Shown here: in pieces, positions 58,039 through 64,000 of the stretch
How positions within the stretch are numbered: position 1 is the stretch's first letter
Layout of the letters: each line of letters begins with the position of its first letter
Origin: Dorea sp.
Lineage (GTDB): Bacteria; Bacillota; Clostridia; Lachnospirales; Lachnospiraceae
Length of the DNA: 64,000 nucleotides
Direction of reading: 5' to 3'
Assembly: GCA_022769185.1 (NCBI GenBank)
Contig: JALEKG010000029.1
Span: forward strand, 14,113-78,112
Translations under genes and position numbers: made by a program
Notes under the pieces: model-generated
Seen by the model: only the letters and a program-made list of their open reading frames with translations
Told to the model about the DNA's origin: nothing
Databases searched by the model: none

Positions 58039-59511
58039 ATGGACAATTTTGATTTATACAGAGATATACAGGCAAGGACAGATGGAGAAATCTACATAGG
58101 CGTTGTAGGCCCGGTTCGGACCGGAAAATCAACTTTTATCAAGCGTTTTATGGATGTTCTGGTATTACCACACATGGAAGATGAACATGGAAAAGAACGG
58201 ACGAGAGATGAGCTTCCTCAATCTGCGTCCGGAAGGACAATCATGACCACTGAACCGAAATTTGTACCAAAAGAAGCGGCAAAAGTGACGCTTTCAGAAG
58301 ATGTAACAGTAATGGTTCGGTTAATTGACTGTGTCGGTTATATGGTAGAAGGAGCATCTGGTCATGAAGAAGCCGGGGAAGAACGGATGGTAAAGACTCC
58401 ATGGTTTGATTATGAAATTCCTTTTACAAAAGCTGCAGGAATAGGAACACGTAAGGTCATACATGATCATGCAACAATAGGAATTGTAATAACTACAGAT
58501 GGAAGCATTACAGATATTCCGAGAGAAAATTATCGTGAAGCGGAAGAGAGAACGGTACGGGAATTACAGAATATAGGAAAACCTTTTATTGTATTGGTAA
58601 ATTCAAAAAAGCCTTTTGGAGAAGAGGCGAAAAAAGTGCTACAGGAACTTGAGCAGCAGTATGGGGTGAAAGCACTTTCTGTCAATTGTGAACAGTTAAA
58701 AGAAGAGGATATCTATAAAATTATGGAGGCAGTATTGTATGAATTTCCGGTATCTGAAGTTCAGTTCTATATTCCCAAATGGGTGGAGATGCTTCCCAGA
58801 ACACACAAAATAAAACAGGATCTCTTAATACATATCAGAAATGTAATGGAACATCTAAATGAGGTTAAAGATGCAGTGAGAGGAATTTCGACACCAGATA
58901 GTCCTTATGTCAATGAAATGAAGGTGGAACAGATAGGAATGGACACAGGTTGTGTGAAGATCCGGATAGAGATTAAAGAATCCTTCTATTATGAAATGTT
59001 GAGTGAAATGACTGGAACACATATTGCCGGGCAATATGAATTAATTGCAGCAATGAAACATTTATCTGAGTTGAAAGGAGAATATGAAGGAGTAAGAGAT
59101 GCATTTACTGCTGTACGTATGAAAGGGTATGGGGTTGTAAGTCCAAGAAAGGAAGAAATTATATTAGATGAGCCGGTAGTCATCAAGCAGGGCAATAAGT
59201 TTGGTGTAAAGATTCATTCGGAAGCCCCTTCTATACATCTGATCCGGGCAAACATTGAGACGGAGATTGCGCCAATCGTGGGAAGTGAGCAGCAGGCGCA
59301 GGATCTGATTCAATATATTAAAGATGCAAAAGACCGGGAAGGAGGAGTATGGGGTACCAGTATCTTTGGAAAATCTATTGAAGAGCTTGTCATGGATGGT
59401 ATGCATAACAAAATGGCAATGATTAACGAAGAGAGTCAGGAAAAACTTCAGGATACAATGCAGAAAATTGTTAATGACAGTAATGGAGGACTTGTTTGTA
59501 TCATAATTTAA
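58039..59511 (+). CDS. spoIVA: stage IV sporulation protein A
   Basis: N-terminus ..IYIGVVGPVRTGKSTFIKRFM (Walker A) and about 490 aa matching the SpoIVA pattern. Confidence 0.93.
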   Translation: MDNFDLYRDIQARTDGEIYIGVVGPVRTGKSTFIKRFMDVLVLPHMEDEHGKERTRDELPQSASGRTIMTTEPKFVPKEAAKVTLSEDVTVMVRLIDCVGYMVEGASGHEEAGEERMVKTPWFDYEIPFTKAAGIGTRKVIHDHATIGIVITTDGSITDIPRENYREAEERTVRELQNIGKPFIVLVNSKKPFGEEAKKVLQELEQQYGVKALSVNCEQLKEEDIYKIMEAVLYEFPVSEVQFYIPKWVEMLPRTHKIKQDLLIHIRNVMEHLNEVKDAVRGISTPDSPYVNEMKVEQIGMDTGCVKIRIEIKESFYYEMLSEMTGTHIAGQYELIAAMKHLSELKGEYEGVRDAFTAVRMKGYGVVSPRKEEIILDEPVVIKQGNKFGVKIHSEAPSIHLIRANIETEIAPIVGSEQQAQDLIQYIKDAKDREGGVWGTSIFGKSIEELVMDGMHNKMAMINEESQEKLQDTMQKIVNDSNGGLVCIII

Positions 59512-59594
59512 CAGGCATGTGAAAAAATAAACAAAATTTGAAAATAAGTATTGAATTTTGAAAGAATTTGTGCATATAATAGGCACATGGCAAT

Positions 59595-59626
59595 GAGGTC
59601 ACGCTGGGATAAGTGTGACCTCTTTT
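59595..59626 (+). terminator. intrinsic terminator after spoIVA
   Basis: gaggtcac / gtgacctc followed by tttt. Confidence 0.75.
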
Positions 59627-59675
59627 CCTTTGTTGGGTATTGCCAGTGTATAATGATTGAAAGGAAGAGCTTAAG

Positions 59676-60824
59676 ATGAAAGATTATATGTTTAAAGTAC
59701 CACAGGACATTATATTTGGAATGGGTTCTTTGAAAAGATTGCCGGAATTACTGGAAAAAAGTGGTTCCAAAAAGATGATGATTGTTTCCGACCGAGGATT
59801 GGAAAGACTGGGAATTGTAAAACAGGTGACAGAGATTGTAGAATCAGAAGGAATAGAAACCTGTAATTTCCTTGATATTCTTCCAAATCCAACGGTTGAG
59901 ATGGTAGATGCAGCAACAAAAGTGTATAAAGAATCCGGAGCAACCAGTATTGTTGCACTTGGAGGCGGAAGTCCGATGGATGTTGCAAAGGCAGTAGGAG
60001 TTCTTGCAAGGTATGGCGGCTCCATTACAGAGTATGAGGGGGCACATCTGGTTCCTGGACCGATTGAGCCGATCATTGCAATCCCGACGACCGCAGGTAC
60101 CGGAAGTGAGGTTACCGCATTTTCTGTAATCACGGATACATCCAGAAATTATAAACTGACAGTATTCAGTTATGAACTACTGCCAAAATATGCACTTCTT
60201 GACCCAGAGATGATTATGTCAGTGCCGGCAAGCGTGGCAGCTTCCTGTGGAATTGATGCATTGATTCATGCATGGGAGGCATATACTTCCCTTGGAGCAT
60301 CCCCATTCTCTGATGCCATGGCAGAGAAGGCAATGGAACTGATTGGAGGAAATATCCGGCGTTTTGTAGCCAACAGGAAAGACGAAGAGGCGGCCTGTGC
60401 CATGATGTCCGGAAGTATGTTCGCAGGGATTGCTTTTGCATGGGCACGTCTGGGAGATGTACATGCAATGTCTCATCCAGTCAGCGCTTTCTTCGGTGTA
60501 CCACATGGTGTGGCTAATTCTATCCTTCTGCCGGTCATTGTAGCATATAATGCTTTGGCGGATCATGGACGTTATGAAAAGATCTACAATTATATCAGTG
60601 AAGACAAAGAGGCGGTAAGAGACTTTAAACCAGAAATGTTGGTAGAAGAGATTAAGAAGCTGAATGCATCTCTTGGAATTCCAAAAACTCTTTCTGAAGT
60701 AGGGGTGACGGAAGATAAGATTCCGCAGATGGCATTTGATGCAATGAAGAGCGGAAATATTGCAGCAAATCCGAGACAGACATCATTAAAAGATGTAGAG
60801 ATGCTTTATCGGAAAGCATTATAG
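59676..60824 (+). CDS. iron-containing (group III) alcohol dehydrogenase
   Basis: GGGSPMD and metal-binding His motifs (..DALIHAWE.., ..HAMSHPV.., ..PHGVANS..); 382 aa. Confidence 0.88.
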   Translation: MKDYMFKVPQDIIFGMGSLKRLPELLEKSGSKKMMIVSDRGLERLGIVKQVTEIVESEGIETCNFLDILPNPTVEMVDAATKVYKESGATSIVALGGGSPMDVAKAVGVLARYGGSITEYEGAHLVPGPIEPIIAIPTTAGTGSEVTAFSVITDTSRNYKLTVFSYELLPKYALLDPEMIMSVPASVAASCGIDALIHAWEAYTSLGASPFSDAMAEKAMELIGGNIRRFVANRKDEEAACAMMSGSMFAGIAFAWARLGDVHAMSHPVSAFFGVPHGVANSILLPVIVAYNALADHGRYEKIYNYISEDKEAVRDFKPEMLVEEIKKLNASLGIPKTLSEVGVTEDKIPQMAFDAMKSGNIAANPRQTSLKDVEMLYRKAL

Positions 60825-60850
60825 AAGATTCTTATATTGAAAATAGAAGA

Positions 60851-60882
60851 ACAGGCTGGGGAGTGATTTTCCCAGCCTGTTT
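60851..60882. terminator. bidirectional terminator between the ADH gene (+) and the TetR gene (-)
   Basis: acaggctggg / cccagcctgt, a perfect 10-bp stem. Confidence 0.7.
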
Positions 60883-61471
60883 AATCATTTCTGGCATCTG
60901 CCGATTTCTCTTTTAAAATTGCCGAAATTGACGTTCTCAAAATCAGAAGCATGTAATCAATCAGTTCCTGGCGGCTGTGTTTTTCACGATCCTGAAAGTA
61001 ATTGATCAGCATGCCGGCAAGAGCTTCCATATAAAAAGAGACAAGAAAGCTCTTGAAATTTTCATCGATAGTAAGATTCGATTCTGTGGCAATGCTGTCA
61101 ATAATGGAACGCAGTATGCCTTCAAAATCCGTTGCGAAGAATCGTTTCATCTCTTCTCTTCCCATAGAATCATAAGCACAGTTAAGGATATGCTTGTTTT
61201 CATCAACGTAATCGATCGCAAATGAAAAGGCTTCTTCCGGATTCACAAGAAGGTCGAAGCTTTTCACTACCTCGATTGCCTCCTGCTCTAACATCCATTT
61301 CAGTAAAGCATAGATATTTTCAAAATGATAATAAAAAGTTTTTCTATTTACTCCGCAGTCAAGGATGATCTCACTTACTGTTATTTTTGAAAGGGGTTTT
61401 GATTTCATTGCTTTTTTCAGCGATTCCGCAAGTGATTTCTTTGTGTTAAATGAAGTGATCTCGTATTTCAT
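60881..61471 (-). CDS. TetR/AcrR-family transcriptional regulator
   Basis: N-terminal HTH (ITVSEIILDCGVNRKTFYYHFENIYALLKW); 196 aa; divergent from the MMPL gene. Confidence 0.85.
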   Translation of the reverse strand: MKYEITSFNTKKSLAESLKKAMKSKPLSKITVSEIILDCGVNRKTFYYHFENIYALLKWMLEQEAIEVVKSFDLLVNPEEAFSFAIDYVDENKHILNCAYDSMGREEMKRFFATDFEGILRSIIDSIATESNLTIDENFKSFLVSFYMEALAGMLINYFQDREKHSRQELIDYMLLILRTSISAILKEKSADARND

Positions 61472-61528
61472 TGATATTCTCCGTTCCTGTATTCCTTATT
61501 CGGTCATTTTATATTTATTATACACTTT

Positions 61529-61580
61529 CCGTCAAATATTCAATAGACATATTTGACCGTCAAATTTCAAGTTTTGACCG
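61529..61580. promoter_or_regulatory. candidate TetR operator repeats in the divergent intergenic region
   Basis: Inverted repeat cGTCAAATAT-N9-ATATTTGACc (61530-61558), plus direct repeats of CCGTCAAAT (61529, 61557) and TTGACCG (61553, 61574). Confidence 0.35.
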
Positions 61581-61742
61581 GATTTCACTCAAATCCCGTG
61601 TGATTAACCATTTTGTAAAACGGGTTTTATTTTTATAATGGAACTATTATGGGGTGAAATCAGAATATTTTTAATATCACAGGGACTCACATTTAATGCT
61701 GTCTGCATGAGAGTACCTGATAATAAAGACAAAGGAGAGTGA

Positions 61743-62720
61743 ATGCTAATGAACGAACAATCTACGAAAAAAAGTAGTGACAGCTTTATGATGAGGCTTG
61801 CGACCTTCATTGTAGATAAGCGCAATCTTTTTTTCTTACTTACGATTATTATGGTAATTTTCTCGGCATTTTCCAGAAACTGGGTTGAGGTTGAGAGCGA
61901 TCTTACTTTTTATTTGCCAGATGATTCTGAGACAAGACAGGGTCTTGACATTATGGAAGATCAGTTCACGACGTTTGGAACTGCAAATGTTATGATTGCA
62001 AACATTTCTCAGGAAAAGGCAGATGAGGTCGCAGATGAAATTGCAGGTTTGGAAGGGGTACAAGGTGTTGTGTATGATGATTCCGAAGATCATTACAATC
62101 ATGTTTCAGCATTGTATACAGTAACGTTTTCTTATGATGAGAAGAACGATAAATGTCTGGATGCCCTGGATTCTGTGGAAGAGACATTGTCTGATTATGA
62201 TGCATATATTGTTACATCCCTTGGAAATTCTCAGCAGGAAACGATTGAGTCAGAGGTCAGTGTTATCATGGTCTATGTAGCAATCATTGTAGTTATAGTT
62301 TTGATTTTGACCTCTCAGACCTATGCTGAGGTGCCGGTGCTTTTGATGACATTTATTACGGCAATGATTTTAAATCTCGGAACGAATTTCCTTCTGGGAA
62401 AGATTTCTTTTGTTTCGAATTCAGTTACCAGTATTTTGCAGCTGGCATTGTCACTGGACTATGCAGTCATACTGTGTAATCGTTTTAAGGAGGAACATCA
62501 GACGTTGCCGATTCGTGAAGCAGCGATTGTTGCTCTGAGCAAGGCAATCCCTGAGATTGGATCCAGCTCATTGACTACGATCGGTGGTCTGATTGCGATG
62601 ATGTTCATGCAGTTTAAGATTGGAGCTGATATGGCAATCTGTCTGATCAAGGCTATTTTGCTGGCATTATTGGCGGTTTTTGTTGTGATGCCGGGATTAC
62701 TGGTATTATTGAAACTATGA
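61743..62720 (+). pseudogene. MMPL/RND-superfamily transporter, N-terminal half only (truncated)
   Basis: 325 aa: TM1, an extracytoplasmic loop, and five more TM segments (..ILQLALSLDYAVILCNRFKEE..) ending ..VVMPGLLVLLKL-stop. The second six-TM half expected in MMPL proteins is missing. Confidence 0.55.
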
Positions 62721-62992
62721 ATTTTGCGTTTCCTACCGTTATCACTTCAGGAACCATTTTGGCAGTTGCGGGAGCTTTGATTGGTCAGATGACTTCTGAG
62801 GCGGCAATTGTTGGTATTGGTCAGAGTATCGGACGAGTTGTGATTGATGGAATGGTACGTGGAGAGATTCATGGAACGGTAAGCGGTACCGTTCATGCGA
62901 CGGTAGATGGAGATGTGAATGTAAATCTGATTTCAGGAAATATAGCTGAGGAAGGAGATGATAAAGGTGAAGGAAAAGAAAATGAAAAATAA
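62717..62992 (+). pseudogene. MMPL C-terminal remnant fused to a Gly/Val-repeat tail
   Basis: FPTVITSGTILAVAGALIGQMTSEAAIVGIGQSIGR resembles the TM11-12 region of MMPL proteins (from memory). It then diverges into VVIDGMVRGEIHGTVSGTVHATVDGDVNVNL. ATGA overlap and a different frame from 61743..62720. Confidence 0.4.
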
Positions 62993-64000
62993 AATCATAT
63001 CTTGCCTGCTGGTTCTATTTATCCTGAGCCTGTCGCTCATGACTCAGCTTGTCGTTCCGGCATATGCGGATCCGAAAGCCGGTGAAGAAACAGCATCGGC
63101 GGATGACAGTAAAGATCAGGCAGATGAGACAGAAGCGCAGGAATTGAAAGCGGAAGAAGACGGAACCGTTGTAATCAGTACGACAGAAGAATTTCTGGAA
63201 GTAGCGCAGGCTTGTTCACTGGACACCTGGTCACAGGGCAAAACCATTGTTCTGGATGCGGATATTTCTCTTGAAAATACAGAATATCTTCCAATTCCAA
63301 CTTTCGGAGGTACCTTTGACGGAAAAGGATATACAATCAGCGGATTAACCATTACTAATAGTGTTACCCCTGCAGGCCTTTTTGGAGTTCTGCAGGAAAC
63401 AGGTGTAGTAAAGAATCTGAATGTCAGTGGAGATGTGTCTCCTTCCGGGGATGCGGATGTGGTAGGAGGGATTGCCGGAGAAAATAACGGTACAATCGAA
63501 AATTGCACATATACCGGTTCTGTTTCCGGAAAACAAAATACTGGTGGAATTGCCGGAATTAATGGGACGACTGGAAATATAAAAAAATGCAATGTCAGTG
63601 GTACCATATCAGGAGAAAATATGACAGGCGGGATTGCAGGATACAATCTTGGGGAAATTGCATCCAGTCAGAATGATTCCTATGTCAATATTGAAAGTGT
63701 GGATCCTTCCCTGAGTCCTGAGGATATTAATCTAGATTTTCTGACGGATGTTTCAAAACTGTATTCACTGGATACCAGTATAAATGGAGATATTAATGTA
63801 GGCGGAATTGTTGGTACCATGGCAATTGAATATGAATTGGATCCGGAAGATGATGATACTTCCAGTGTATCAGGAAGAAACCGCCGGGAGTTTGAATTAA
63901 AGGCAATTCTCATAAAATGCTGCAATACAGGAAAAGTATCAGCAAAAAGAAATTATACGGGTTCTGTCTGTGGACATATGGATCTGGGACTGATTTCAGA
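62982..64000 (+). CDS. secreted GLUG-motif repeat protein, N-terminal part (3' end outside window; absent from the ORF track)
   Basis: My own translation gives MKNKIISCLLVLFILSLSLMTQLVVPAYA|DPKAGEE..., a signal peptide. It is followed by repeated GGIAGENNGTIENC / TGGIAGINGTTGNIKKC / TGGIAGYNLGEI units (GLUG-like). The frame is open to the window end. Confidence 0.75.
   Translation, partial: MKNKIISCLLVLFILSLSLMTQLVVPAYADPKAGEETASADDSKDQADETEAQELKAEEDGTVVISTTEEFLEVAQACSLDTWSQGKTIVLDADISLENTEYLPIPTFGGTFDGKGYTISGLTITNSVTPAGLFGVLQETGVVKNLNVSGDVSPSGDADVVGGIAGENNGTIENCTYTGSVSGKQNTGGIAGINGTTGNIKKCNVSGTISGENMTGGIAGYNLGEIASSQNDSYVNIESVDPSLSPEDINLDFLTDVSKLYSLDTSINGDINVGGIVGTMAIEYELDPEDDDTSSVSGRNRREFELKAILIKCCNTGKVSAKRNYTGSVCGHMDLGLIS

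Noticed and set aside
1-64000. Window-wide scan for CRISPR arrays, IS/transposase/integrase genes, prophage modules, rRNA, toxin-antitoxin pairs and long dispersed repeats.
   Set aside because: None were recognised. The only clear repeat family is the duplicated tRNA-Leu unit. A manual scan cannot exclude short dispersed repeats.

Overview
This 64-kb window is a low-GC (roughly 40-45% by eye) chromosomal segment of an anaerobic, spore-forming, selenoprotein-using Firmicute. A Clostridia/Lachnospiraceae-like origin is inference from gene content only. Coding is almost entirely on the + strand.

Gene content in order:
- tail of an amino-acid ABC transporter, then purF-purB
- an alanine/glycine:cation symporter, followed by a glycine-riboswitch-controlled glycine reductase operon: grdX-grdE-grdB(Sec)-trxB-trxA-grdA(Sec)-grdC-grdD
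- a small accessory stretch: LRR membrane protein, a GNAT::ThrE fusion with its ThrE partner, and a degenerate sirtuin
- gltX, a UvrD-like helicase and a DUF1292 protein
- an orphan sugar-binding lipoprotein, a catalytically degenerate GlgX-like protein and a DUF5662-like protein
- two monocistronic tRNA-Leu(AAG) genes with unusual flanking structure
- two-domain PPK2, dGTPase-like protein, dnaG, rpoD, trmK, nif3 and a nucleoside kinase
- aroC (-), an L,D-transpeptidase, tgt, yajC, pflB-pflA, an M23 peptidase
- leuB-ilvD-ilvB-serC-serA, a cell-wall-anchored polysaccharide deacetylase, prs (-)
- der-plsY-gpsA, a LysR regulator (-), spoIVA, an Fe-ADH
- a TetR regulator (-), a decayed MMPL transporter and a GLUG-repeat secreted protein that runs off the 3' edge

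The ORF track splits or misses both selenoprotein genes because each has an in-frame UGA. It also over-extends many N-termini through GTG/TTG or upstream ATG codons. I corrected those starts using Shine-Dalgarno spacing.

I saw no CRISPR array, transposase, integrase, prophage, rRNA or recognisable defence island. I cannot point to an unambiguous new multi-gene system. The observations I rate highest are:
- the SBP / dead-GlgX / DUF5662 operon
- the NAD-pocket-degenerate sirtuin coupled to gltX
- the GNAT::ThrE fusion
- the duplicated A34 tRNA-Leu genes, each with a tRNA-end-mimicking hairpin and a conserved GC-rich element
- the asymmetric glycine riboswitch and the internal grdA/grdC attenuator-like structure

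All family assignments come from reading motifs by eye. No database search was run.
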